Positions 8,056-17,769 of a stretch of 64,000 bases of DNA are shown here, one piece after another. The notes beneath the pieces are model-generated. The model was not told the DNA's origin and ran no database searches. It saw only the letters and a program-made list of their open reading frames with translations. The translations under genes and the position numbers were made by a program. Source of the stretch: Candidatus Latescibacterota bacterium (GTDB taxonomy: Bacteria > Latescibacterota > UBA2968 > UBA8231); the NCBI GenBank assembly GCA_964291625.2, contig OZ220089.1, positions 2,784,001-2,848,000 of the forward strand, given 5' to 3'. Every line of letters begins with the position of its first letter. Within the stretch, counting starts at the first letter, position 1.

Positions 8056-10677
8056 TCAGCCTTCGCCTCGGGCTCCCGCATCCGCCTCCGGCAGCAGGTA
8101 GAGTCTCCATCCTTCCCCCGACCCCGCGGTCACCACCGCCCAGTCGGGGTCGCAGGCGCCAACCGGCGTGGGCACGCAGAACGACCGCGGCAGGCGGGCG
8201 CGCAGCTCCACGTCGCCGCGCCCCTCCAGCTCCGCCAATAGAGGATCTCCCTCCTCCACCTGACTCATCTCGTACCAGCCGTCCCCGCGCTCGTACTTGA
8301 CCCCCCTGGCCACCAGCCTGGCGAGGCTTCTGCGGAGCCCGGACGCCGCCGCCGCGGCGAACTCGTGGGGGTGGGCAAGGGCCCCCTGGGGGTCGGGCGC
8401 CGAGCGGAAGATCTCCAGCAGGGTGCAGCGGGTCACCCGGACCGGCGGCGAGGCGCGCTCCAGGAGATCGGCCACGCTCTCCAGGAGGTTGGGGAGGCCG
8501 CCGCCGGCGTCGGCCAGGCTCAGCGCCGCGTCCCTCTCGGGACCCGCCACGGCCTGGGCCGCGCCCCGAGCCTGCGCCTCGAAGGCGCCGGAGCCCTTCA
8601 CTTCGATCCGCGCCCGGCCGACGGTCAGCCCCGGCCGCGACAGGGGGCGGCTCTCCAGCTCGCGGCGGGTCCCGGCCACGAGCCGGTCGGTGTCGATGCG
8701 CAGGGCGAAGCGGGTCCGGGCCTGGACGCGCTCCCAGAGCCGCCGGAACTCCGGGCTCAATTCGCCGTCCCGCCCTTCCGCAGACCGCGAGCCCGCCCGC
8801 CGCGGCGCCGGCGGCAGGATCCCGGCGCCGTACTCCTCCTCGAGGCGGCGGCGCTCCTCCTCGCCGAGGGCGGACAGGGGCCGGCCGCAGCGGCTCTCGA
8901 TCTCGGCGCGGTACTCCTCGGCGATCTCCCTCTGCAGGCCGGCGGCGTAGCGCCGGTAGCTCTCGTTGGCCACCACCGTCAGCACGTTGATCCCGCCGTC
9001 GCGCACCCGGCGGCCCTCCTGGTCGACGCACAGCCGCATGCCCCGCCCCACCTCCTGGCGCTTCCTCACCTCCGAGACCGACTGGTTGAGGGTGCAGATC
9101 TGGAAGACGTTGGGGTTGTCCCAGCCCTCGCGCAGGGCCGAGTGGGAGAACAGGAAGGCCACCTGCCTGCGGCGCCGGTCCTCGCCGGCGTCGGCCGGCC
9201 CCGGGAAGGAGAGCAGGGCCTCCTGGTCGCGCAGGATCAGGGCGTAGGCGGCCTCGTCCGCGGCGCTCTCGCCGGAGACCGAGTCGAGCCACTCCACGGC
9301 GCCGCCCCGCCGCCGGCGTTGGGCGAAGTAGCCGGCCTGCACCGCGTCCGGCTCCAGGTCCCGCCACTCCGGGTAGCCCCCCTTGAAGGCGTCGAAGGCC
9401 TCGTCGAAGAGCCGCCGGATGAGCGCGTCCGGCGCCGCGTAGTTGGCGACCCGGTCGATGAAGAACAGGGAGAGGACCTTGACGCCGGCGGCCCTCAGGC
9501 GGGCCTGCTTGCGGAGGTGCTCGTCCACGGTGAGGCGGATCTGCTCGCGGAAGAGCGCCTCCCGGTCCGGGCCGTGCTCCTCGCCGGCGCGCAGTTCCAC
9601 GCCGTTGGCGAAGCGAACCACGCCGCGGCCGGCGTCGATCTCGTCCACGTCGAAGCCGCGGTACTCGCGGCGGCCGGTCTTGTCGGCGAGGCGATCGCCG
9701 GCGCGCACGCTGACCGTGCTCTCCCGCGGCGCGCCGGCGGAGAGCTTGCGCACCGCCAGCCGCGCCGTGACGCTGCGCTTGCCGCTCCTCACGCCGGCCA
9801 GGCGCAGGTGCGGCCGCCCGGCGTCCCCCTCGCGGGCCACGGAGGCGACCTCGATGCGCTTCACCAGGCCCCGGCGGTAGGCGTCGAAGGGGGTCAGGCG
9901 GCAGACGAGGTTGTAGGGCCGCCGGTGGGTGGCGCTGTAGCGCAGGGCCAGCAGCGGGTCGAGGGAGGCCAGGGCGGCCCGGCTCCTGGGGCTCTCCATG
10001 TTCTGCGGCTCGTCGAGGACCAGGACCGGCCGGACGGCCTGGATGTACTCGATCGGCGCCCGGCCCTGGAGGCGGTCGGTGCTCCGCCGGATGACGTTGG
10101 CCGCCTTGTTGAAGGCAGCGATCGTCATCACCAGGACCTCCACGTTCCCCGAGAGGGCGAACTGGCTCACCTGGGAGCGGCTCGAGGCGTCGTACCCGGC
10201 ATGGCGCAGGACGGTGTTGCCGTAGAGGCGGGCGAAGTGGTCCCGGGTGACCCGGAGGCTCTTCAACACCCCTTCGCGGATGGCCACCGAGGGCACGACG
10301 ATGATGAACTTGCGCAGGCGGTAGCGGTGGAACAGCTCCAGGAGGGTGCGCAGGTAGACGTAGGTCTTGCCCGTGCCCGTCTCCATCTCCACGGAGAAGT
10401 TGGGGAAGCGGACGGCGCGCTTGCCCCCCGGAGCGTCGATCTCCTCCTCGAGGAAGCGCAGCCCGTCGTCGGGGCGGATCCCCTTCTCCGCCTGCACCCG
10501 ACGCAGGTTGGCCAGCAGCCGCGGCTCGTCGAGGTCGAGCCGGTTGGCCACGGCGGGCAGGTCCCCGGCACCCAGGTCCACCGCCGCCTCCAGCGGGGGC
10601 TGTCCCCGCAGCAGGCCGGCCACGGCCTCGACGGCCCGCACCTGGAAGGGCTGGTGGGCGTCGAACCGCAGCTTCAC
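8056..10677 (-). CDS. res: Type III restriction-modification Res subunit; SF2 ATPase intact, nuclease domain degenerate
   Basis: NFSVEMETGTGKTYVY, LVLDEPQ, RYSATH, FSHSALREGWDNPNVFQIC, QEVGRGMR; C-terminus PDW...LPEAD then early stop. Confidence 0.9.
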   Translation of the reverse strand: MKLRFDAHQPFQVRAVEAVAGLLRGQPPLEAAVDLGAGDLPAVANRLDLDEPRLLANLRRVQAEKGIRPDDGLRFLEEEIDAPGGKRAVRFPNFSVEMETGTGKTYVYLRTLLELFHRYRLRKFIIVVPSVAIREGVLKSLRVTRDHFARLYGNTVLRHAGYDASSRSQVSQFALSGNVEVLVMTIAAFNKAANVIRRSTDRLQGRAPIEYIQAVRPVLVLDEPQNMESPRSRAALASLDPLLALRYSATHRRPYNLVCRLTPFDAYRRGLVKRIEVASVAREGDAGRPHLRLAGVRSGKRSVTARLAVRKLSAGAPRESTVSVRAGDRLADKTGRREYRGFDVDEIDAGRGVVRFANGVELRAGEEHGPDREALFREQIRLTVDEHLRKQARLRAAGVKVLSLFFIDRVANYAAPDALIRRLFDEAFDAFKGGYPEWRDLEPDAVQAGYFAQRRRRGGAVEWLDSVSGESAADEAAYALILRDQEALLSFPGPADAGEDRRRRQVAFLFSHSALREGWDNPNVFQICTLNQSVSEVRKRQEVGRGMRLCVDQEGRRVRDGGINVLTVVANESYRRYAAGLQREIAEEYRAEIESRCGRPLSALGEEERRRLEEEYGAGILPPAPRRAGSRSAEGRDGELSPEFRRLWERVQARTRFALRIDTDRLVAGTRRELESRPLSRPGLTVGRARIEVKGSGAFEAQARGAAQAVAGPERDAALSLADAGGGLPNLLESVADLLERASPPVRVTRCTLLEIFRSAPDPQGALAHPHEFAAAAASGLRRSLARLVARGVKYERGDGWYEMSQVEEGDPLLAELEGRGDVELRARLPRSFCVPTPVGACDPDWAVVTAGSGEGWRLYLLPEADAGARGEG

Positions 10678-10681
10678 GGGA

Positions 10682-12535
10682 TCAGAGGGTCTTGAGGCGG
10701 CAGGCCATGGCCGCGTTGGCCGCCGCCTCGTCGGTGAGGGCCGCGTCGCGGCAGATCAGCAGGTCGTCGCGGTCGAGATCCAGGGACCGCAGGGTCTGCG
10801 CCTTCACCTCGCCGTCCAGGCAGAGATGGAAGGACTGGCCCCGCTCCTCGTCGGTGAGGCGGTAGACGGTGTTCTCCCCGGTCCCGTCGAGACGGGTGAC
10901 CCGGCCGTCGAGGCCGAAGCCCTCCTTCAGCGCCACCTCGAAGAGCACGTCCATCGGTTGCCAGCCGTCGACGAGGGGGTCGACGAACCGCTCCAGGGCG
11001 CTCTCGTACTCCGCCGGGTCGCCCTCCTCCATGGCGGGCCAGCTGCGGAAGTTGCTCTCCGCGAGTCGGAACAGCCGGAAGCCGGGGTCCTCCGCCTCGC
11101 CGCCGGCGGCGGGGCCGCCATTCTCCCGCGGCCGCGCCATTCCCCGGCGCAGGCGCTCGGCGCAGATCTCGGCGATGGTGCCCAGTCCCTCCGCCTTCGC
11201 CGCCGACTTCTCGCCCGTCGGCTCGGGCAGCTGCACCAGGATCCACCGCCGCCGCCCCCCGTCCTCGCGGTTCAGCTCCATCACCGCCTGCCCGGTGGTC
11301 CCCGAGCCGGCGAAGAAGTCGAGGACGATGTCCTCCGGTCCGGTGGCGATGGCGCACAGGTGCTTGATCAGCCGCACCGGCTTGGCGCGCTCCAGGACCT
11401 CGGCCCCGAAGAGGGAGGTGAGGTCCGTCTTGCCGGTGCGCGTGCGCCCGAAGCGCGGGTCCACCAGCAGGCTGCGCGGCCTCGAGCCCTCCTTCTCGTA
11501 GTTGCGCGTGTACACGTGGGGCCAGCGGAAGACCAGCTCGCCGCGGCGCTCCTCCACCCTCTTCCGGGACCAGCGCCAGCGCGCCACCTTGCGCCGCGGG
11601 TCGGCGTGGGGCACACGGTAGGTCCTGCCGTCGGGCCCCTCGATGGGGAAGTCCAGGCTCTCCTGGTATCCCAGGCTCGGCTTGTCCAGCCGGTCGAGGC
11701 TGTAGCGACGGCCCTCCGCGTCGGTCTCGTTGTAGCGCGTCGCCGCCGTGGCCCCTTTGTCCGCGAACAGGGCCGCGGGCCTCGACCGCCCGTAGGCGAG
11801 GATGTACTCGTGATCGACGACGATCTCCTTCACGTCCGACCCGCCCCCGGACTTCTTCTTCCAGATCAGGTCGGCCACGAGGTTCTCCTCGCCGAAGATC
11901 TCGTTGAGGAGGAGCTGCAGGTTGTGGCGCTCGTGCTCGTCGATGGAGACGAAGAGGATCCCGTCGTCGCGCAGCAGCTGGCGGGCGAGGAACAGCCGCG
12001 GGTACATCATGCTCAGCCAGGCCGAGTGGTAGCGGCCGGAGGTCTCGGGGTTGCTGGCCAGGAGGTGGCCCTGCCGGTCGCTCTGCCCGGTGAGCCGCAG
12101 GTAGGTCCCCAGTGGATCGGAGTAGTCGTCGGGATAGACGAACTCGCCGCCGGTGTTGTACGGCGGGTCGATGTAGATCATCTTCACCCGCCCGGCGCAG
12201 GCCTTGTAGAGGAGCTTGAGGGCCTCGAGGTTGTCGCCCTCGACGAGGATATTGCGCGCCGTCTCGAAGCCGACCGACGCCGCCGGCGCCGGCGCCAGGG
12301 TGGCGCGCGTCGGCACCCGCAGCAGCCGGATCGCCTCGCCCTTGCCGGCCCAGGTGAAGGAGTAGCGCTCGGGGCCGTCCTCGACGGCATCGCCCAGGGC
12401 CTGCCGCAGCCTGTCGAGGTCGAGGCGGCCCTCGCCGAAGGCTTCGGGGAAGAGCGCCTTCAGGGCTTCGAGGCGCTCCTGCGCCGGCGGGGTCGACGTG
12501 CGCCGCACCTTCCCCGGCCGGCCTCCGGGAGCCAC
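10682..12535 (-). CDS. mod: Type III restriction-modification Mod subunit (amino-methyltransferase)
   Basis: EGDNLEALKLL, YIDPPYNTG, HSAWLSMMYPRL, LDFFAGSGTT; adjacent to res. Confidence 0.93.
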   Translation of the reverse strand: MAPGGRPGKVRRTSTPPAQERLEALKALFPEAFGEGRLDLDRLRQALGDAVEDGPERYSFTWAGKGEAIRLLRVPTRATLAPAPAASVGFETARNILVEGDNLEALKLLYKACAGRVKMIYIDPPYNTGGEFVYPDDYSDPLGTYLRLTGQSDRQGHLLASNPETSGRYHSAWLSMMYPRLFLARQLLRDDGILFVSIDEHERHNLQLLLNEIFGEENLVADLIWKKKSGGGSDVKEIVVDHEYILAYGRSRPAALFADKGATAATRYNETDAEGRRYSLDRLDKPSLGYQESLDFPIEGPDGRTYRVPHADPRRKVARWRWSRKRVEERRGELVFRWPHVYTRNYEKEGSRPRSLLVDPRFGRTRTGKTDLTSLFGAEVLERAKPVRLIKHLCAIATGPEDIVLDFFAGSGTTGQAVMELNREDGGRRRWILVQLPEPTGEKSAAKAEGLGTIAEICAERLRRGMARPRENGGPAAGGEAEDPGFRLFRLAESNFRSWPAMEEGDPAEYESALERFVDPLVDGWQPMDVLFEVALKEGFGLDGRVTRLDGTGENTVYRLTDEERGQSFHLCLDGEVKAQTLRSLDLDRDDLLICRDAALTDEAAANAAMACRLKTL

Positions 12536-12547
12536 GAGCCGGGAGCC

Positions 12548-13693
12548 CTAGATGTACCCGGTGGAACCGTCGGGCCGGATGGGGCAGGTGCGCTGCCAGT
12601 GGACGTACTCGTCGCCGCGGATCGCCTCCTCGTTCACCTCCACGCCGAGGCCGGGGCGGTCCGGGCGCAGCTCGAGGTAGCCGTCCTTCGGCAGGTAGGG
12701 CTCGTCCACCCAGTCGTTCCAGTCGCTCTCGGTGGGCAGGATGTACTCGAGGATCCTGAAGTTGTGGCTCGCCGCCGCGAAGTGGACGTTCACCGCCGTG
12801 GCCAGCGGCCCCATGGGGTTGTGGGGCGCCACGCTCACGTAGTGGGCCTCGGCGATGGCGGCGATCTTGCGCATCTCCAGCAGTCCGCCGCAGATGCAGA
12901 CGTCGGGCTGGATGATGTCGGCGGCGTTGGCGGCGATCAGGTCGAGGAACTCGAAACGCCCGTAGAGGCTCTCGCCGGTGGCCAGGGGCACCCGCATCTG
13001 CTCGCGCAGGCGCTGCCACTGGGGGATGTGCTCCGGCCGCAGGGGCTCCTCGTAGAACAGGGGGTCGTACGGCGCCAGGGCGTCGGCCAGCTGCAGGGCC
13101 CGCACCGGCTCGAAGATCTTGGCGTGGGGGTCGAAGGCGAACTCCCAGTCCTCCGGGGTGTTGGCGCGGATCTCCTCGAAGTAGCGGGCCGCCGTCGAGC
13201 AGACGCGGCCCCAGCGGCTGGAGTCCGGCGGGACCATGTAGGGGCTGGTCTTGAAGGCGGTGAAGCCGTGCTCCTCGTTGAGCCTGTGGGCTGCCTCCGC
13301 CGCCTCCTTGCCGTCGCGCCCCCCGATGGCGCGGTAGACCCGCACCCGGTCGCGCACCGAGCCGCCGAGGAGCATGTACACGGGCAGGCCCGCCGCCTTG
13401 CCGGAGATGTCCCACAAGGCGTGGTCCAGGGCCGAGATCGCCGGCAGGCCCACACCCCCGGGGGGGAAGCGGAACTCCTGCATCAGCTTCATCATGATGT
13501 ACTCGATGCGCCGCGGGTCCTCGCCGCCGATCAGCTCGAAGAGGTAGTCGGCCACCGGCTTCACGGAGAGGTCGGGCCCGGTGGAGTAGGCCTCCCCCCA
13601 CCCGTAGAGGCCTTCGTTGGTCTCCACCTTGATCAGGGCGCGGGGGCGGTTGCCGAAGCGGGCGACGAAGGTGTTGATGGCGGTGATCTTCAC
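12548..13693 (-). CDS. Mandelate racemase/enolase superfamily, galactonate dehydratase (DgoD)-like
   Basis: GWGEA, ALWDISGK, DPHAK, YEEP, ATGE, IIQPD, APHNPMGP. Confidence 0.88.
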   Translation of the reverse strand: MKITAINTFVARFGNRPRALIKVETNEGLYGWGEAYSTGPDLSVKPVADYLFELIGGEDPRRIEYIMMKLMQEFRFPPGGVGLPAISALDHALWDISGKAAGLPVYMLLGGSVRDRVRVYRAIGGRDGKEAAEAAHRLNEEHGFTAFKTSPYMVPPDSSRWGRVCSTAARYFEEIRANTPEDWEFAFDPHAKIFEPVRALQLADALAPYDPLFYEEPLRPEHIPQWQRLREQMRVPLATGESLYGRFEFLDLIAANAADIIQPDVCICGGLLEMRKIAAIAEAHYVSVAPHNPMGPLATAVNVHFAAASHNFRILEYILPTESDWNDWVDEPYLPKDGYLELRPDRPGLGVEVNEEAIRGDEYVHWQRTCPIRPDGSTGYI

Positions 13694-13712
13694 GGGATTT
13701 CTCCAGTCGGGC

Positions 13713-15089
13713 TCAGGCGAAGAAGGTCGGATAGGCGCCGCCCTCGGCCTCGCGCCGAATCAGCAGCACCAGCTCCATGGTGTGGTAGTCGCCCCACATG
13801 CACGACTCGCCGCAGGGGATCCGGCGGCCCCGGGGCACGTGGTCCCAGCCGTTGGGGCGGTGGTAGATGGCGTGCAGGGTGATCCCCTGGTGCCGGCTCG
13901 AGGCCGCCAGGTAGGGCTCCTGCAACAGGGCCGCGGCGATCGTGAAAGCGGCGGACCGGTAGCGCTCGCCGCGCCGGCGGGAGCCCTTCTTCAGCAGGTG
14001 GTTGCCGAGGCGCAGGTAGCCCTGGGCGCAGATCGCCGCCGCCGAGGAGTCGAGGGGCTCGGCGTCGTTGAAGGGGTCGGAAGGCTGTTGGGCGTAGTCC
14101 CCGAAGGCGGCGGCGCCGGGGGCCCCCGTGTCCCAGAAGGGCACGCCGTCGGCGAAGCTGTGGTCGATGTGGAACTCCGCCGCCGCCAGGGCGGCCTTCT
14201 CCAGGGTCGACACGAGGTCCCGCTTCTTCACCCCCAGGGGCTGGAGCTGCGCCGGCGGCACGGTGCGGAAGAACTCCAGCAGCTCCGCGTAGCCGCACAG
14301 GATCCAGGAGAGGCCGCGGGTCCAGGTGGTGAACGGCGAGTAGCCCTGCTGGGTGCTGGCGCAGCGGTACTGGCCGTCGTTGGTGTTGAAGATCGACTCG
14401 TGGGCGACGCGGCCGCTCACGTCCCAGGCGTCTCGTCCCTCGCCGTAGTAGACGTTGAAGCGGGCCGTGGTCAGGGCGTGCTCCACGGCGCGGCCCAGGA
14501 GGTTGACGGGCCGGTCCCCCTCGCCCATGAGGACGTGGCCGAGGCGGTCGGCCAGGCACAGGATGCGCAGGGTGCGGATCGTGTCCGAGAACAGCGAGTG
14601 GGGGCCGTTGAAGGAGTGGATGAAACCGGTGCCGGCGGCCGTGGGCGTCCAGCGCGCCGCCTGCACTGCGCCGGAGAGCTTGACGGCCAGCTCGTAGAGC
14701 TGCAGCTCCCGCGGGTCGTGGGGGATGCGGCCCTCGAGCATCAGCCGCCGCAGGTTGCCGTAGGTGGAGAGGTTGTTGAAGCCGTGGTCGTGGACGCCCA
14801 CGTGGGAGACGTGAGGCGCCATGCGCTCCACCGTGTGGGTGCGGCCGAGCTCGAGGAAGCGCTCGTCGCCGGTCATGTCGAACTGCAGCAGGGAGCATCC
14901 GTACTGGAAGCCCTGGGTCCACTCCGTCCACCCGCGGGTGGTGTAGCGGCCGGCCTGCGTGTACACCGGGGCCCCGGCGGCCGGGTCCCAGCTGCGTTCG
15001 ATGGAGAGGATCTTGGGGCCGCTGCACTCCAGGAAGCGGTCGGTGGCCGCGGTCAGGCTTTGGGGGGTGATGTCCGCGTCGATTCGCAT
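13713..15089 (-). CDS. Glycoside hydrolase family 88-like (unsaturated glucuronyl hydrolase fold)
   Basis: WTEWTQGF, HDHGF, QQGYSPFTTWTRGLSW, DSSAAAI, WGDYH. Confidence 0.8.
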   Translation of the reverse strand: MRIDADITPQSLTAATDRFLECSGPKILSIERSWDPAAGAPVYTQAGRYTTRGWTEWTQGFQYGCSLLQFDMTGDERFLELGRTHTVERMAPHVSHVGVHDHGFNNLSTYGNLRRLMLEGRIPHDPRELQLYELAVKLSGAVQAARWTPTAAGTGFIHSFNGPHSLFSDTIRTLRILCLADRLGHVLMGEGDRPVNLLGRAVEHALTTARFNVYYGEGRDAWDVSGRVAHESIFNTNDGQYRCASTQQGYSPFTTWTRGLSWILCGYAELLEFFRTVPPAQLQPLGVKKRDLVSTLEKAALAAAEFHIDHSFADGVPFWDTGAPGAAAFGDYAQQPSDPFNDAEPLDSSAAAICAQGYLRLGNHLLKKGSRRRGERYRSAAFTIAAALLQEPYLAASSRHQGITLHAIYHRPNGWDHVPRGRRIPCGESCMWGDYHTMELVLLIRREAEGGAYPTFFA

Positions 15090-15096
15090 GCTGCGA

Positions 15097-15102
15097 AGAA
15101 TA
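15097..15102 (-). promoter_or_regulatory. -10 box of probable leaderless transcript for the GH88 operon
   Basis: TATTCT 7 nt upstream of ATG 15089, no RBS. Confidence 0.5.
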
Positions 15103-15151
15103 GCCGCGGAGACCGCCCCCCGCACGTCATCCGCGGGAGCCCGCCCTCCGC

Positions 15152-15181
15152 TTGACACCCGCCGCCGGCCGGGTGTGGTTT
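15152..15181 (+). promoter_or_regulatory. sigma70-type promoter (probably leaderless)
   Basis: TTGACA-N18-TGGTTT, ATG 6 nt downstream; weak -10. Confidence 0.4.
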
Positions 15182-15187
15182 GCGCCC

Positions 15188-16123
15188 ATGGATCGGCGCG
15201 ACTTCCTGAAGGCCGCCTCCGCCGCCGGACTCGCCCTCGGCGCCGGCCCCGCCTGGGCCGCTCCCGGCCGCGTGCCCCGCCGGCCCCTGGGCGCCACCGG
15301 CGTCTCGGTCTCCGTCGTCGGCCTCGGCGGCATCACCGTGAGCGGCCGCGGCGAGGCCGAGGCCCGCGGCATGGTGGACCGCGCCTTCGAGCGCGGCATC
15401 GACTACGTCGACGTGGCCCCCACCTACGGCGACGCCGAGCAGCTCCTGGGCGCCGCCCTCGAACCTCACCGCGGCCGCTGCTTCCTGGCCGGCAAGACCA
15501 AACAGCGCACCGCGGCCGAAGCCGCTGCAGAGCTGGCCTCCTCCCTGGGCCGTCTGCGCACCGACCGCCTCGACCTCTACCAGCTCCACGCCCTGCGCAC
15601 CCGCGAGGACGTGGAGACCGCCTTCGGCGCCGGCGGGGCCATCGAGACCCTGCGGCAGGCCCGGGAGGCGGGCACGGTGCGCTTCCTCGGGTTCTCCGCC
15701 CACAGCGTCGAGGCCGCCCTGGCGGCGATGGACCGCTTCGCCTTCGACACCGTCCTGTTCCCCGTGAACCGCGCCCTGTGGTCCGCCGGCTTCGGCCCCC
15801 AGGTCGTCGCCCGGGCCGTGGACCAGGGCGTCGGCGTCCTCGCCCTCAAGAGCCTGGCTCGGGGCCGCTGGCCCGAAGGCGGGGAGCGCTCGCGGCCCAC
15901 CTGGTACGAGCCCCATACCGATCCGGGGCAGATCCGCCGCGCCGCCGCCTTCACCCTCTCCCGGGGCGCCGCCTCGCTGCTGCCGCCGGGCGACCCCGAG
16001 CTGTTCTGGCCCGCCGTCGACGCCTGCACCGCCCCGGCCGAGGCGCCGCCCCCGGCCGCGGAGGAAGATCAGCCCGAGGCCGGCGCCGGCGATCCCCTGT
16101 TCCGCTACCCGGCCTGGTCCTGA
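15188..16123 (+). CDS. Aldo/keto reductase with twin-arginine (Tat) signal
   Basis: MDRRDFLK Tat motif; DVAPTYG, AGKT, SLGRLRTDRLDLYQLH, RFLGFSAH. Confidence 0.88.
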   Translation: MDRRDFLKAASAAGLALGAGPAWAAPGRVPRRPLGATGVSVSVVGLGGITVSGRGEAEARGMVDRAFERGIDYVDVAPTYGDAEQLLGAALEPHRGRCFLAGKTKQRTAAEAAAELASSLGRLRTDRLDLYQLHALRTREDVETAFGAGGAIETLRQAREAGTVRFLGFSAHSVEAALAAMDRFAFDTVLFPVNRALWSAGFGPQVVARAVDQGVGVLALKSLARGRWPEGGERSRPTWYEPHTDPGQIRRAAAFTLSRGAASLLPPGDPELFWPAVDACTAPAEAPPPAAEEDQPEAGAGDPLFRYPAWS

Positions 16124-16134
16124 AGGAACTCGCG

Positions 16135-17769
16135 ATGAACGGCGCCGATGCCCTCGTGGCCGCCCTGCAGGCCCACGGCGTGACCTGGATCTCCACCCTC
16201 TGCGGCCACGGCCTCAACGAGATCTTCGGCGCCTGCGGGCGCGCCGGCCTGCGGGTGGTGGACACCCGCAACGAGCAGACCGCGGCCTACGCCGCCGAGG
16301 CCTGGGGGCGGCTGAGCGGCGGTGTCGGCGTCTGCGCCGTCAGCTCCGGGGTGGCCCACGCCAACGCCCTCACCGGGGTGGTGAACGCCCATTTCGACGG
16401 CGCCCCCATGCTGCTGGTCACCGGTTCCGGGCCCCTGAGCACGGCGGGCCAGGGGCACTTCCAGGACTTCGACCAGGTGGCGATGGCGCGGCCGGTGTGC
16501 AAGTACGCCCGCGCCCTGGACCGCGCCGACCGCGTGCCCGAAATCGTCCACGAAGCCCTGGCCGCGGCCGTTTCGGGACGGCCGGGGCCGGTGCACCTCA
16601 CCTTTCCCATGGACGTGCAGACGGAGGCCCTCTCCGAACCTCCGGCAACGGCTCCCGCCCCCGTGGAGGACCGCCTGCCGTCGCCGGCGCCGGAGGCCGT
16701 GCGCCGGGCGGCGCAGCTGCTGGCCGAGAGCCGGCAGCCCCTGATCGTCGCCGGCAGCGGCGTGTTCTACGGCGGCGCCGGCCGCGACGTGGCCGACTTC
16801 GCCGCGGCCTGGGCCGTCCCTTGCGTCGTGCCGATCTGGGACCGCGGCTCGGTGGCCGAGGCGCGGCCCGAGTACCTCGGCGTCGTCGGCGCCGCCAGCG
16901 GCGGCCCCGCCCTGCTGCAGGACGCCGACCTCGTCCTCATGCTGGGGGCGGCGGCCGACTACCGCGTGGGCTACCTCCAGTCGCCGGCCCTGAGGGCCGA
17001 TGCCGCCGTGATCCGCGTCGACGTCGACTCCGAGCGGCTGCACCACATGGACCGCGCCGACCTGTCGGTCCTGGCCGGTCCCGCCCCCTTCCTCGAGGCC
17101 CTGGGGGACGCCTGCGCCGCCGCCGGAACCCCCGGCTTCGAGGAGTGGCTGGCCGAGACGCGCCGCCGCCGGGACGAGTTCGACTCCTCGGTGCGCGCCG
17201 ACCCCGCCGCTGGCGCCCTGCGCGACGCCGGGCTCACCGGCCTGGAGGTCTGCGAAGTCGTGGCCGCGGAGGCGCCGGAGGAGGCCGTCCTCATCGCCGA
17301 CGGCGGCAACATCGGCCAGTGGTTCCACCAGACCCTCGGCAGCCGCCGCTACCCCGGCACCTGGCTGACCTGCGGCGCCAGCGGCGTCGTCGGCTACGGC
17401 GTCGGCGCCGCCATGGGGGCGCGCCTCGGGTTCCCGCGCCGGCCGGTGGTCCTGCTCTCCGGCGACGGCGCCGCCACCTTCAACCTCACCGACCTGGAGT
17501 GCGCCGCCCGGCAGGACCTGCCCTTCGTCATGATCGTCGCCGACGACGAGGCCTGGGGGATCACCCTCTCCGGGGACCTGCGCGCCTATGGGGAGCCCCG
17601 GAGCAGCGGCCTCGGGCCCTTCGACTTCGCCGCCGCGGCCGAGGCCTGCGGCGCCCTGGGGGTCCGCGTCGAGGACGTGGACCATCTGCGCGAGGCCCTG
17701 CGCCAGGGCCTCCGGGAGTCGCGGCCGGTGGTGCTGCACGTACCCATCCGCGGAGGCCTGCCCGCATGA
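16135..17769 (+). CDS. Thiamine-diphosphate-dependent enzyme (acetolactate synthase/2-hydroxyacyl-CoA lyase-like)
   Basis: MNGADALV, TRNEQTA (catalytic Glu), GRPGPVHL, GDG...DDEAWG ThDP-binding motif. Confidence 0.88.
   Translation: MNGADALVAALQAHGVTWISTLCGHGLNEIFGACGRAGLRVVDTRNEQTAAYAAEAWGRLSGGVGVCAVSSGVAHANALTGVVNAHFDGAPMLLVTGSGPLSTAGQGHFQDFDQVAMARPVCKYARALDRADRVPEIVHEALAAAVSGRPGPVHLTFPMDVQTEALSEPPATAPAPVEDRLPSPAPEAVRRAAQLLAESRQPLIVAGSGVFYGGAGRDVADFAAAWAVPCVVPIWDRGSVAEARPEYLGVVGAASGGPALLQDADLVLMLGAAADYRVGYLQSPALRADAAVIRVDVDSERLHHMDRADLSVLAGPAPFLEALGDACAAAGTPGFEEWLAETRRRRDEFDSSVRADPAAGALRDAGLTGLEVCEVVAAEAPEEAVLIADGGNIGQWFHQTLGSRRYPGTWLTCGASGVVGYGVGAAMGARLGFPRRPVVLLSGDGAATFNLTDLECAARQDLPFVMIVADDEAWGITLSGDLRAYGEPRSSGLGPFDFAAAAEACGALGVRVEDVDHLREALRQGLRESRPVVLHVPIRGGLPA

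Noticed and set aside
10682-12535. Phase-variable mod (phasevarion)
   Set aside because: No simple-sequence repeat tract found in or upstream of the ORF
10367-13882. Very long alternative ORFs (e.g. 10367-13882 plus, 10674-13601 minus, 38834-41566 minus, 46009-48576 minus, 58481-61195 minus)
   Set aside because: Shadow frames of clearly identified genes in very high-GC DNA, rich in Arg/Gly/Pro/Ala and without motifs
14959-17769. Apparent fusions in the ORF track (14959-17769, 18439-20370, 28999-31218, 32120-35269, 25251-27299)
   Set aside because: Upstream parts are off-frame read-through of neighbouring genes; real starts lie at coupled stop/start junctions
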